Of a stretch of 32,000 bases of DNA, positions 10,191 through 19,664 are shown one piece after another. How positions within the stretch are numbered: the first letter of the stretch is position 1; every line of letters starts with the position of its first letter. The stretch is from Vibrio vulnificus CMCP6. GTDB lineage: Bacteria > Pseudomonadota > Gammaproteobacteria > Enterobacterales > Vibrionaceae. A model generated the notes under the pieces. That model was not told the DNA's origin. It was given only the letters and a program-made list of their open reading frames with translations, and searched no databases. The position numbers and the translations under genes were made by a program. Location: the NCBI RefSeq assembly GCF_000039765.1, contig NC_004460.2, positions 660,001 to 692,000 on the forward strand, read 5' to 3'.

Positions 10191-10622
10191 TTATGAGCGC
10201 TTTGCCAAAGACTTCCTTAAACCAATTCGGCTATGCCCTGCTGGGAAATCATCAAAGCGCGTGAATTCTTCAAACCCCAAGCTTTGATAAAACTGTGGAG
10301 CCTGCCAACTTTGTGTCCAGAGCCACAAACCAGATAACGAATGTTGTTTCGCGTACTCCTCTGCTTGAGCCATCAGCTTTTTGCCCATTCCCGTACCTCG
10401 GCATGCCTCATCAACCCAAAGCTCATCAATGTAGAGCCAATCCCAGAGTAAGTCTGCCGTTAACACAGCGATGAGGTTGCCCTGCTCATCCTCCACAGTC
10501 CAATTAAAACGTTCTTTTTGGTAAGGCGGTGCCAATTGCGTTTCACTGTGAGATTCAAACCCAGCACTGAGTTGACGCTGCTTACCCTCACCTAAAGGAC
10601 CTGCCGTAAAATCAATCTTCAT
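10191..10622 (-). CDS. GNAT family N-acetyltransferase
   Basis: LYIDELWVDEACRGTGMGKKLMAQAEEYAKQHSLSGLWLWTQSWQAPQFYQSLGFEEF. Confidence 0.88.
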   Translation of the reverse strand: MKIDFTAGPLGEGKQRQLSAGFESHSETQLAPPYQKERFNWTVEDEQGNLIAVLTADLLWDWLYIDELWVDEACRGTGMGKKLMAQAEEYAKQHSLSGLWLWTQSWQAPQFYQSLGFEEFTRFDDFPAGHSRIGLRKSLAKRS

Positions 10623-10700
10623 CTTTTTCTCGTTTCTGTTTACCCGTTATGCTGAGCGCAGAGTATCGCACGGCAGCCGATGAAACCTTTAATTTTATTA

Positions 10701-10827
10701 ATACCCAAACTGCTTGGAGTTGTAGGTAGGCGGCAAGTGAGTTCATCCCTATGAGCATAGACAGACTAAGTAATTGGGGAGAAGGAACGAAGCCAACAGC
10801 GCGACAGCTTCAAGTAGGAAGGGGGTA
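10701..10827. repeat. ERIC (IRU)-like intergenic repeat, 127 bp
   Basis: Begins ATACCC, ends GGGTAT, contains ...GAAGGAACGAAGCCAACAGCGCGACAGCTTCAAGTAGGAAGGGGTAT, with the canonical 127-bp length. Confidence 0.7.
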
Positions 10828-11026
10828 TCACACTGTTAACTCAATTTGTTTGCCTCACCACCTCCCACTTTCATGTATGAAAACAACCGAAACATAGAAA
10901 ACTTCATTCATATTGATTAGAATGGCACGACAAATTTGTGTTACTCCCATTGAGAAGCACAACAATCTGGATTTTTCTATGCCGCCCTGACTTTTGTTGG
11001 GGCGGTATTGCGTTTAGGAGGAATAA

Positions 11027-11434
11027 ATGTCCAACACTGAATCGATCTGCGTATCAACGCTAGACATGGATCGTATTAGCGCACTTCTTGAAAAGATGGC
11101 GAACTTATCACCAGAATTGGAGAAGCTGGAAAATGAGTTAGATAGAGCCAACGTGCTCGCACCACAACAGATGCCCGACAACATCGTTACCATGAACTCA
11201 ACGGTGCGTTTTACGTTTGTCGGCAGTGACAAAGTCATGGAGAAAACATTAGTCTACCCAGACCAAGTTCGTAACCCCGATGACGTTTCTATTTTTGCCC
11301 CAGTTGGCAGCGCGTTGCTTGGCCTTTCTGTCGGCCAGCAGCTCACATGGCCAATGCCCGGCGGCGCAGAAAAAACCATCGAAATTCTCGAAGTGACTTA
11401 CCAACCAGAGCGCATGGGCGAATTTCATTTGTAA
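11027..11434 (+). CDS. rnk: Regulator of nucleoside diphosphate kinase (GreA/GreB-like)
   Basis: NIVTMNSTVRFTFVGSDKVMEKTLVYPDQVRNPDDVSIFAPVGSALLGLSVGQQLTWPMPGG. Confidence 0.85.
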   Translation: MSNTESICVSTLDMDRISALLEKMANLSPELEKLENELDRANVLAPQQMPDNIVTMNSTVRFTFVGSDKVMEKTLVYPDQVRNPDDVSIFAPVGSALLGLSVGQQLTWPMPGGAEKTIEILEVTYQPERMGEFHL

Positions 11435-11445
11435 TGCTTAAGACA

Positions 11446-11467
11446 AGAGCCGCAAAAGCGGCTCTTA
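11446..11467 (+). terminator. Hairpin after rnk
   Basis: AAGAGCCGCaaaaGCGGCTCTT directly downstream of rnk; no strong T-run. Confidence 0.5.
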
Positions 11468-11697
11468 ATGGTAATGGTGTATGATTTTCGAGGTATCACA
11501 ATACCTTTCTTGACCAAATGACTGTTGTATCGCTTTCAGTTGAAAGAAGGCAAATTCGCATTGACGCTTTCATTGCTCCATCTTGAATCTCCCCTGAAGT
11601 GCATTCATCACTAGCGCTCCTGCCCCGTTAGAGCGATAATCCCGCCCTTTGTGAGCACCCAGCTCAACAACAGCAATACAGAAGTAGAAAGACAGCG

Positions 11698-12219
11698 ATG
11701 ACAACTGAGCCAACAGTCATAATTGGACTACACAATCCCAAAAGCCCCACCAATGTCGGCGCAGTGATGCGCGCGGCAGGTTGCTATAACGCCGCTCAGG
11801 TGCGCTACAACGGCACCCGTTATAGCCGAGCAGCTAGGTTTCAGACCGATACACAAAATAGTCATGAGCGGATTGATTTACTGGAGATGGAAGACCTCAC
11901 CGCCAGCCTTGACGGCGATGTCGAGATCGTTTGTGTCGAGTTGGTGGTCGGCGCCACTGCACTGCCGCATTTCGCCCATCCTGAAAAAGCCATTTATCTG
12001 TTTGGCCCGGAAGATGGTTCACTGCCGCAAGAGGTGGTCGACAAAGCACATCATGTTGTTTATATCCCCACTCACGGCTGCATGAATCTCGCCGCAACAG
12101 TCAATGTGGTGATGTACGATCGCTTAGCAAAAACACTCGACTCGATAGACGACCACGCACAAGTCATCGCTAATCGCGATAACAAAAACCGTTTGCGAGT
12201 TAAAGAGAGCTGCGATTAG
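11698..12219 (+). CDS. TrmH/SpoU-family RNA methyltransferase
   Basis: NPKSPTNVGAVMRAAGC ... YLFGPEDGSLPQEVVDKAHHVVYIPTHGCMNLAATVNVVMYDRLAKT. Confidence 0.88.
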   Translation: MTTEPTVIIGLHNPKSPTNVGAVMRAAGCYNAAQVRYNGTRYSRAARFQTDTQNSHERIDLLEMEDLTASLDGDVEIVCVELVVGATALPHFAHPEKAIYLFGPEDGSLPQEVVDKAHHVVYIPTHGCMNLAATVNVVMYDRLAKTLDSIDDHAQVIANRDNKNRLRVKESCD

Positions 12220-12739
12220 GGCAAGTGCTCAATATCAATGGTTAGACATACCGTAATCAACAAGCTTGTCTAGCGCTCTAATCATGGCGTAAATCTCGCG
12301 AGCCTGAGTGTTGCTGCTTCGAAAACTTAGTGATCTGCTCCAGAAAGACTGAGCACTTCATTAAGCTACATTTTGTTGTTCAAAGTTAACTAGACATAGA
12401 TACTTAAGAGCACTGTGCCTTCTCCTCCGATTATAATCAACCTCTATATATTCGAAGATTTCTTGACGCACATCACCTTGCGCAATGTTCAGGTCATATT
12501 TGATTGCTCCTACTCTCATTGAATGGAAAAAGTACTCAACACAAGTGTGCCCCAGCAGATTCGTAGCAACAGGCATTTTATGCTTGCTGTACGCTATTCC
12601 CTTAAACTTGCATGCGGCTTTCGAAGTCAAATCTTGACGCTTCATACTGGTTGCAATGCTTTTAATATTATAGCTATCACCGTTCTCAGTTAGTTCTTTT
12701 TAAATGCGCCTCACATCACATAGGCCTTCGATGTTATCA

Positions 12740-13823
12740 AACTTGGATTCAAGTACGAAGTACGACACCTCTGAACATAAAAACAGTGAGATGCGATAAT
12801 CATGAAGTTTGCTCCCGCCAAGAAGTAAAAAACATGAAATACACGCACCTCACTGAGAACGAAAGATATATCTGCACTCAGAAAGCAAGGAATTAGTACC
12901 GCTAAAATAGCTAAACAACTGGGTCGTCACAAAGCTACTATCTATCGAGAAATTGAACGCAATTCCCGATACAACAGACACTTTAAAAGGTATTCCTATC
13001 AGGCGTGGAGAGCCCAACAAATGGCTCGCAACCGGCTGAGTCGCTCGCGCAGAAATAAGCGCTATACCGAACTTGACTTCAGGTTACCTGAAGCCTTGCT
13101 ACGACTGGATTGGAGTCCTGACCAAATCGTCGGATACCTGAGGGGAAGAGGCTATCCAACAATGAGCCACGAGCTCATTTATCAGTACGTTTGGAACGAC
13201 AAAACTTTCGGTGGAACATTATGGAAGCACCTACGCCAATCCACTAAGAAAAGGCGTAAAAGGCATAACTCAAAAGACAGCCGTGGACGGCTAGCTGCAA
13301 AACGTCATATTACCGAAAGACCAGCAAATGCTGAGCATCGAAAAGAGCCTGGTCATTGGGAAATTGATACCGTCGTTGGCCGAGGAACCAAGCACTGTAT
13401 CGTGACTTTAGTCGACAGAATGACTGGCTATACTTTTATTGGGCAAATGGGCGACAGAACAAGCGAGTCGCTCAACGTAAGAATGAGCAAAATCATGACC
13501 CGCTCTGACTTGCCTTTTAAGACGATAACTGCGGATAACGGCACTGAATTTCATGGTTATGCGCAACTAGAAAAAAAATCATAACTGTCTGTTTTACTTT
13601 GTAAATCCATATCACTCATGGGAGCTAGGCACTAATGAAAACACCAATGGCTTGATACGACAATACTTACCAAAACGAACTTCTATGTCACACGTGACAC
13701 AGAAGTTCTGCAATGAAATTGCCCACAAATTAAATACGCGCCCACGCAAAAGACTTGGGTATAGGACACCAACGGAGTATATTCATGCGCATCTGTAGAA
13801 AGTGTCGCACTTCAAACTTGATA
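12740..13823 (+). mobile_element. IS30-family insertion sequence, inactivated
   Basis: Transposase remnant flanked by imperfect inverted repeats (left AAGTACGACACCTCT; right AGAAAGTGTCGCACTT); ends approximate. Confidence 0.7.
12834..13785 (+). pseudogene. IS30-family transposase with frameshifts
   Basis: MKYTHLTENERY | frameshift | ISALRKQGISTAKIAKQLGRHKATIYREIERN...GHWEIDTVVGRGTKHCIVTLVDRMTGY...TADNGTEFHGYAQLEKK | frameshifts | ENTNGLIRQYLPKRTSM...LNTRPRKRLGYRTPTEYI read across frames. Confidence 0.85.
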
Positions 13824-14436
13824 CTAAGAAACACCTCCTTGACCGTGGTATCATGCTCTTGGCGATTAACCTCGCGCTGGAACCTTGTGACGGTGCTATA
13901 TCCAGCAATAATACTCGATTCGAGATACCCCAAACACCTTAGCCATACGGACAACATTGAAGCAAAGTAGGTGTTCGAGCATAAATTCTTAGCAATCTAA
14001 TCTAGACTTTTCGAGAAGTAGGTAGCGGCCTTTTTACTATATAACTCTTCAACTTGCTCAGCCAATTGCCTTTTTAGCTTGGCCACTTCAGATCCTAGAT
14101 CTTTTTCTACTGACAGGTACTGGTGTCTTTCTTCAAGGCCCGACGCCAAGCCTAGATCTGGGATTAGTCTAACGAGAGGAGCCTCGCCGCCATAACTGCT
14201 ACCACTTTTTCTGCTAGAGTCATATAAATTCAGGAAAATGAGTATACGTTTTTCTTGTTTATCATGGTTAACCTCGTTAGTGATTGTATTCAGTTAATTC
14301 GGAGTCCAAAACTGCTGGTTCGGCTCAATACCGAGTTCCCTTCTTTTCTACACACCAATGAACTACATTTAGGAACAGCTATTTAGCTGGGGCTAATTCA
14401 TGATAAAATATCTGCCTTAAGTCAGGAATCAACTTT

Positions 14437-15216
14437 ATGTTTGTATTATCAAAAGGATCGATATCTTTAAAAAGCTTAGATCGACTCTCATCGTATGTCG
14501 TGATCAGTTCACTGCTGGTGTTTTTTACGCAGCACCTGTACGAAAACCACATATTTCAGTACATCGACATTTGTGTTTTGATCTATTTTTCGCTGGAATT
14601 TTTCTTGAGAGTACACGTGCTGTCGTGGAAAAAATATTTTCAGTCTCCATCCTGTCAGTTTGACTTTTTTTTGCTGGTTGTCAGCCTAGTTGCCATACCC
14701 ATATCCAATATCGATAGTGTGATATATTTACGAGTGTTCAGGTTAATCTCGGTTATCCGCGTATTCAAGATCGTTCCAAACGGTTCACAAGTTCTGAGTG
14801 GATTAGCTCGGGCGATCAAAAGCTCCAAAGCGGTGTTGATCCTGCTTTTCTGCCTGCTGTGCTTCTTTTCACTTATTGGATTTATCCTGTTTTCCTCCAG
14901 CGTTCCCGAATATTTCAGTACTCCATTAACATCACTCAACACGGTCTTTGAGATATTTACCATTGAAAACTGGGGCGCATTGCCGGACTCTATCGATAAA
15001 ACTACCCATCCCCTGCTGCACGCAAGCGTCAATGCCTTTACCATCATCGTCCTGGTCAGCGGAGGCTTTATTGCGGTCTCTCTGGCGAATGCCGTGTTCG
15101 TTGATGAACTGGTCAGTGACAACAATGATGATATCAAGCGGGAGATTCTTGAACTAAGACGAGAAAATCGTGAGATTAAACAGCTACTTACGGAGATAAA
15201 CAAAAAGATTGGATAA
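14437..15216 (+). CDS. Single-domain voltage-gated ion channel (ion transport protein family), NaChBac-like architecture
   Basis: Six hydrophobic segments; S4-like RVFRLISVIRVFKIVP; pore FEIFTIENWG; C-terminal coiled coil REILELRRENREIKQLLTEINKK. Confidence 0.82.
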   Translation: MFVLSKGSISLKSLDRLSSYVVISSLLVFFTQHLYENHIFQYIDICVLIYFSLEFFLRVHVLSWKKYFQSPSCQFDFFLLVVSLVAIPISNIDSVIYLRVFRLISVIRVFKIVPNGSQVLSGLARAIKSSKAVLILLFCLLCFFSLIGFILFSSSVPEYFSTPLTSLNTVFEIFTIENWGALPDSIDKTTHPLLHASVNAFTIIVLVSGGFIAVSLANAVFVDELVSDNNDDIKREILELRRENREIKQLLTEINKKIG

Positions 15217-15217
15217 G

Positions 15218-15240
15218 AACGCCTCTGATTCAGAGGCGTT
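15218..15240. terminator. Shared hairpin between convergent genes
   Basis: AACGCCTCTGattCAGAGGCGTT, perfect 10-bp stem in the convergent gap; lacks a T-run. Confidence 0.5.
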
Positions 15241-15245
15241 GTGGG

Positions 15246-17105
15246 TTATGCGATTTCCAGCGTATTATTGTTTTCTAGCAGGGCCATAAAATCATCGCTG
15301 GATCTGATTTTAAGATCGATTTTCATGAAATCGGCTATCACTTCAACGTCAGAGTTGACGTTACTGTCATCATCAATGGCTCTTGATAGATGTTCAGTCA
15401 GCGAACGAAACTGTAGTTTATCTTGGGCCAGCTTGGCTATCGACGCCTCTTCAAACGCATCCGTGTTGTCTTTGATTTGCTGAATTCTCATCTCAAAAAC
15501 TTCTTTTACCCGCTTAGTGCGCAACTCGGCCTTGGTTGAAAAAATATCGGCCTGATCAAGCAGCCAAACCACCAAGGTTGAACCAATCCCTGACACCATG
15601 ATGCTGGTCGCCTCTTTGAGATGCTCACCCACCACAGGGATCATGTCGACATACGGTGATATCACCTGCTCAAAGGTGAAACTCACATAGGTAACCACGG
15701 TCGTGGCAAGCAACTTGGTAATCGCATCGGCTTTTTGAGCTGGAGTGCTGTCACTGAACAAGATCTTGACCGCCTGAATCATGGCATTGAATCCTTCAGA
15801 AATGATCTTCAGCGCCCGTTTTAACATTCCAACAAACAGGTTAACAACCGCATTGATCAGGTACTTTACAAAGTTTTTCAGTGCGTCCTTGATAACATCA
15901 AACCCGATGTGTTTCAGGTTCGCCGTGATGTAACGATACGCTCTCTTAAACCGTAGACCTATCGCATCTAACTTGGAATCGGTCTCAAGCCCGGAAAGCA
16001 CGCCATGTTGTAAAATGTCTCGCAGCTCAAAGAAAATGGGCTTAATGATGAGAATGATGAGCTCACCAATCCCCTTTTCTTCCAGCTCATCTTTCGCCTG
16101 ACTGTAGGCTTCCTTCGCCAGCTTTTTTCCTATGCCATGATCTGTTTTTAACTTGTTGGCCACCACTTTGTTCAGATCACTTTCGATCGCCGCCTTGGCT
16201 GTTTTTTCCGCCTCCAGGGCATTATCCAGCGTTTTTTTCGTCGGCAGGTCATTTAACTCCTGCAGCTCCGACTTGGATAGGGTCCCCGCTCTTTGCTTAT
16301 CCTCAAGCCGGCCTCGCTTGTTCTCGACCCATTGCTGGTATTCACTCCAGGATTTATCTCCTTTTGACGTGTTAAGCTTTCCGGAAATATTCTTAAAATT
16401 CGCGTCCTGGTTGAGCGCCATTTTTAGATCATCGAGCGAAATTGCTTTACTCTGACCATACTCCTCAAAAGCATGTTTCAGCGGAACTTGGTGATCAACA
16501 TTAATCTCACTTTTGGAATAGTTGCTCCCCTGCTCTTTTTTCGCCTGGTTGAGCGCATCGCTTCGCCGGTATAAATAGCGTTTCTGCCCCTGTTCATTGA
16601 CTTCAAGCTCACTTTCGATGCGCCGGTTATTTTTGATACGTCTGTCCAGGTAGTCATCGAGCTTATCGGTATCTTCGACTATCTTCCGCTTACCTTTGTA
16701 TGGCCCCTTATCGTCTCGCTGCTTTCGCGTATGCTCGTCCAGACGTTGTTTATCGAGCCGATGATCGACCGCCATGCTCGCCGACGCATCATAACTGAAA
16801 CTCTGTAACTCATTCACCAACCGGGAGGCTGTAAGCCCCTTTTTTGACAACTTGAGTTTCGGGTGGCTGACCAGGCCGTCACACACGTTCAGCAGGATCG
16901 GCTTAACCAGTGACTCGCCGATGCCCGCTTGACTGTCAGCTACTTGCTCCTCAATGCTCTGTAACACTTCTAGGCTGTCTCGCTGATCGTGCAATTCGAC
17001 ATCGAGCAACACTTTGCAGGCCTGCAGTGGCGAGCAGCCCTCAAGCCGCTCAACTAGCTCGCTACTGGAGAATGACTCGATCTCAAAATCGTGCTTGCTT
17101 GCCAT
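15246..17105 (-). CDS. Large protein (~619 aa) with HNH-like motif and central hydrophobic/amphipathic helices, unknown function
   Basis: Start MASKHDFEIESF preceded by GAGGAGGTAATT; NVDHQVPLKHAF...NFKNISGKLNTSKGDKSW resembles an HNH site; hydrophobic segments GELIILIIKPIFF, FVKYLINAVVNLFVGML, GIGSTLVVWLLDQ. Confidence 0.7.
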   Translation of the reverse strand: MASKHDFEIESFSSSELVERLEGCSPLQACKVLLDVELHDQRDSLEVLQSIEEQVADSQAGIGESLVKPILLNVCDGLVSHPKLKLSKKGLTASRLVNELQSFSYDASASMAVDHRLDKQRLDEHTRKQRDDKGPYKGKRKIVEDTDKLDDYLDRRIKNNRRIESELEVNEQGQKRYLYRRSDALNQAKKEQGSNYSKSEINVDHQVPLKHAFEEYGQSKAISLDDLKMALNQDANFKNISGKLNTSKGDKSWSEYQQWVENKRGRLEDKQRAGTLSKSELQELNDLPTKKTLDNALEAEKTAKAAIESDLNKVVANKLKTDHGIGKKLAKEAYSQAKDELEEKGIGELIILIIKPIFFELRDILQHGVLSGLETDSKLDAIGLRFKRAYRYITANLKHIGFDVIKDALKNFVKYLINAVVNLFVGMLKRALKIISEGFNAMIQAVKILFSDSTPAQKADAITKLLATTVVTYVSFTFEQVISPYVDMIPVVGEHLKEATSIMVSGIGSTLVVWLLDQADIFSTKAELRTKRVKEVFEMRIQQIKDNTDAFEEASIAKLAQDKLQFRSLTEHLSRAIDDDSNVNSDVEVIADFMKIDLKIRSSDDFMALLENNNTLEIA

Positions 17106-17115
17106 AATTACCTCC

Positions 17116-18039
17116 TCATGCGCACAAAGAGTGTGACTGAGACATCTCGTACACCGCTTTAGCTTTCTCGCTGTCGGCGGCAATGAACTCACCCGATTCT
17201 GACAAGTAGCCTAGGCTTGCCATCTGTTTCAGGACGATCGACAAGTTAAACAAGGCACGAAACTCTTCTAAGTGAACAATCGGCAAACGCTTAAAATCGA
17301 GTTTGTGTGCAAACACATCACTGTTTTCGGCCATCTGATGCATGCGTTGGGTCTGGATTCCGTATTCGAACCGGTCCAGTAACTTGCTGTAGTTGACCAC
17401 CAGTTCATCGAAATACACCACCACGTTATCAATTGACTCTTCGATCACCCTAAGTTGCTTCTGTTGTGCCTCCAGCTTGATGATCTCTTCACCTACTCGC
17501 GTACGCTCCTGCTTGGCACGCTCGAGCGACTCTTTGGCTTTCTTACGCGAAAAGAAGCCCAAAGTCAGCACCATGCCCAGTGTATCCAACAGGCCCATCT
17601 GATTAAAATCAATCAACATGATCTCGGATTTTGCCCTGACACCACGCTGCGGTTTAATCTCCAGAATGCGGTCATCGAATAGCTCTTCAAAAGGTTGCCC
17701 CTTAACCGTAACGTTGTGCATCCGCTTTGATACCTTGATAAAACGCTCGAAGTGAATCACGTAAATGTCCTGCTTCTGACGGTTGATCCGGCTGATCTTA
17801 GTCTCGATACTGGCAGATATCTGCCTGACTTCTTGCTCGTAAACCTGCTTGGCATCGGCAAACCGTTTTTCCGTTTCGGCAATGATTGATTCCGCTTCAT
17901 CGGCATAGTGCTGACCCGTAAAGGCGTTCCACACCTTAGAGCACGCCTGCTTTACAGCACCAAAGGCTCTCGATACGCTACTTTTTGCCGCACTAATTTT
18001 GCTTGAACACCAACTTCCTAAGCCGCTAAATAAGCCCAT
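17116..18039 (-). CDS. Coiled-coil protein, unknown function
   Basis: 307 aa; amphipathic N-terminus MGLFSGLGSWCSSKISAAKSSVSRAFGAVKQACSKVWNAF, long heptad-rich segments; 10 bp from next gene. Confidence 0.7.
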   Translation of the reverse strand: MGLFSGLGSWCSSKISAAKSSVSRAFGAVKQACSKVWNAFTGQHYADEAESIIAETEKRFADAKQVYEQEVRQISASIETKISRINRQKQDIYVIHFERFIKVSKRMHNVTVKGQPFEELFDDRILEIKPQRGVRAKSEIMLIDFNQMGLLDTLGMVLTLGFFSRKKAKESLERAKQERTRVGEEIIKLEAQQKQLRVIEESIDNVVVYFDELVVNYSKLLDRFEYGIQTQRMHQMAENSDVFAHKLDFKRLPIVHLEEFRALFNLSIVLKQMASLGYLSESGEFIAADSEKAKAVYEMSQSHSLCA

Positions 18040-18042
18040 ACA

Positions 18043-18447
18043 TTATTCCTTATCAATCATGGCGTAGCCTTCCGCCACCATATCGTTCATGGCACTCACC
18101 CAACGCTGCATCTTCTTCGCTTCATAGCCGTCGATCGCTAGTGCGTCGCTGAGCTTGCCCATAAACGCCTCTTCCTCGATGCACACTTCACCGTCGGCCA
18201 ACAGGATCCCGAACAGTTCAACCAGTATGATGCGTTTGCTTTTCCCTTTTGATTTTGCCAGCACTTTGATCACGGACTCAATGTTGTCCTGCTTGGTAAG
18301 GGTATGCTCCGTCAGACCACATTCCTGCACGAACGACTGATAAATCATCTGCTCTTCGGCCTTCTGCTCACCGTCCAACCCCATGGCATATTTCGCCAGT
18401 TCCAGGAAATTCTTCTTCTCGCCAATATTCAGTTCGGATAAGTACAT
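18043..18447 (-). CDS. TerB-like (tellurite resistance TerB family) protein
   Basis: 134 aa all-alpha with duplicated acidic pattern: LAKYAMGLDGEQKAEE...LFGILLADGEVCIEEEAFMGKLSDALAI. Confidence 0.65.
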   Translation of the reverse strand: MYLSELNIGEKKNFLELAKYAMGLDGEQKAEEQMIYQSFVQECGLTEHTLTKQDNIESVIKVLAKSKGKSKRIILVELFGILLADGEVCIEEEAFMGKLSDALAIDGYEAKKMQRWVSAMNDMVAEGYAMIDKE

Positions 18448-18463
18448 GTGTTGTCCCCAATAA

Positions 18464-19624
18464 TTAGTACGCTGTTTCTAGTTTTTGTTTTTCGTTGCCT
18501 TTCGGGTCATAGACCGTCTCAATGCGCTTGCTTATTTCACCGGCATCGTCATACAGGTATTCGAACACCAGGTTTCCGGCCTGGTCGAATTCACAACCCC
18601 GCGCCGGTTTTCCGTCCTCATTAAACGTCATCTGGTATTTGAGCTGGGTACCGGCAAAGGTATCACTGCTGCGCTTTTTGCCGTTTTTATAGTAAATCTG
18701 CGTCACCTGACCGGAGTGCTTGTCCTCGATCTGGGTCACTTTGCAATCGCCTAGCCGCTTGACGAAATCGTCCGTGTCAATCGTCAGATCCTGATGCCTG
18801 GCCAGTTCATTGGTCAGGCTCACCAGGTTATCGACCCGTAACTGCTGGATCTGGGTGGTTAACTGTTCAAGCTGGGCAATACCGGCCTGCTTGGCAGTGA
18901 AATCACGCTTATCATCCAGTTGATGAAGCGTTTGCAACAAGGCTTTCAGGCTGCTGTGGGACTGGCCCACCAGCTTCTGCACGTGGATAAACTCTTCGCT
19001 CTGTTTTTTTGTCAGTGACTGGGCACATTCCGCTTGGGTGCGTGCCAACTCAGAGTGTAGATGACGGCTTTCCTGGTGCTGCTCCTGGCTCAATGCATGT
19101 AGAGCCGCGATCTGCCTTTGCTGCTCTGCTGCCTGCTGCGCGATCAGTCCATCGGTTCTCGCTTGTATCGCAGACAAGTTGGCCCCCGTGCTGGTGTGCT
19201 GCTCCTGTAACTTTTGATCCAGCGCCAGCGCTGCACCTTTTAGCTCAGCCTCAGTCTCGGCAAGCTGTGAAGAGAGCTGAGTCAGCCCGCTTACCACTTC
19301 CTTCTCCGCAGCGGACAGGCGCGCTATCACTTGTTCTCCCTGCTGGCTAACTTCAGCAGTAACGTGCTGGATTGTGTCACCAGCAGCGGTTTTCATCACA
19401 CTGAGCAACTGGTCCGTTTTATCGCTGAGATGTTGGCTTAGCTCACCAGCTTGCCTGTCCATTTGCGCACAGTGCTGATCAAACCTGGCATTTACCCGCT
19501 CAGATTCATCGAGTGCCCATTGCTGCATCTGATGCTTTTTGTTGATCGAGATAGCTTGAAGTAGCACAACCAAGCCAGCACAGCCAACCAATGTCCAAAA
19601 TAGTAGCTCTAACGTAATTTCCAT
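18464..19624 (-). CDS. Membrane-anchored coiled-coil protein with C-terminal YwqK/MORN-like repeats
   Basis: N-terminal TM LLFWTLVGCAGLVVLLQAI; long Gln/Ala/Leu-rich coiled coil; C-term IYYKNGKKRSSDTFAGTQLKYQMTFNEDGKPARGCEFDQAGNLVFEYLYDDAGE. Confidence 0.7.
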   Translation of the reverse strand: MEITLELLFWTLVGCAGLVVLLQAISINKKHQMQQWALDESERVNARFDQHCAQMDRQAGELSQHLSDKTDQLLSVMKTAAGDTIQHVTAEVSQQGEQVIARLSAAEKEVVSGLTQLSSQLAETEAELKGAALALDQKLQEQHTSTGANLSAIQARTDGLIAQQAAEQQRQIAALHALSQEQHQESRHLHSELARTQAECAQSLTKKQSEEFIHVQKLVGQSHSSLKALLQTLHQLDDKRDFTAKQAGIAQLEQLTTQIQQLRVDNLVSLTNELARHQDLTIDTDDFVKRLGDCKVTQIEDKHSGQVTQIYYKNGKKRSSDTFAGTQLKYQMTFNEDGKPARGCEFDQAGNLVFEYLYDDAGEISKRIETVYDPKGNEKQKLETAY

Positions 19625-19664
19625 TATTGTTCCCTTACACAGGTTTTTACTTTGTTGTTGAGTA

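Larger units (their letters stand above)
12358..14275 (-). pseudogene. Decayed IS3-family element (OrfA and OrfB remnants), interrupted by an IS30-family element
   Basis: Minus-strand OrfA remnant ~13995-14275 (LAEKV..AARLLSLD*SQI*AWRRA, then EVAKLKRQLAEQVEEL..KKAATYFSKSLD); OrfB N-term remnant ~13830-13975 (VVRMAKVFGVSRIEYYCWI); OrfB C-term 12361-12645 (RQEIFEYIEVDYNRRRRHSALKYL). Confidence 0.75.

Noticed and set aside
11446-11467. The stem AAGAGCCGCaaaaGCGGCTCTT after rnk is almost identical to the guaC terminator stem at 21082-21101
   Set aside because: Considered as a dispersed regulatory repeat, but both are explained as ordinary terminator-type hairpins directly after genes; two copies are too few to argue for a new repeat family.
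13730-13957. 75-aa minus-strand ORF containing GYSTVTRFQREVNRQEHDTTVKEVFL
   Set aside because: Not an independent gene; it overlaps the IS30 end and the frameshifted IS3 OrfB remnant, so it is part of the nested IS relic.
14655-15203. 182-aa minus-strand ORF
   Set aside because: Fully antisense to the ion-channel gene, whose plus-strand product has a coherent six-helix architecture; the antisense product has no recognisable features.
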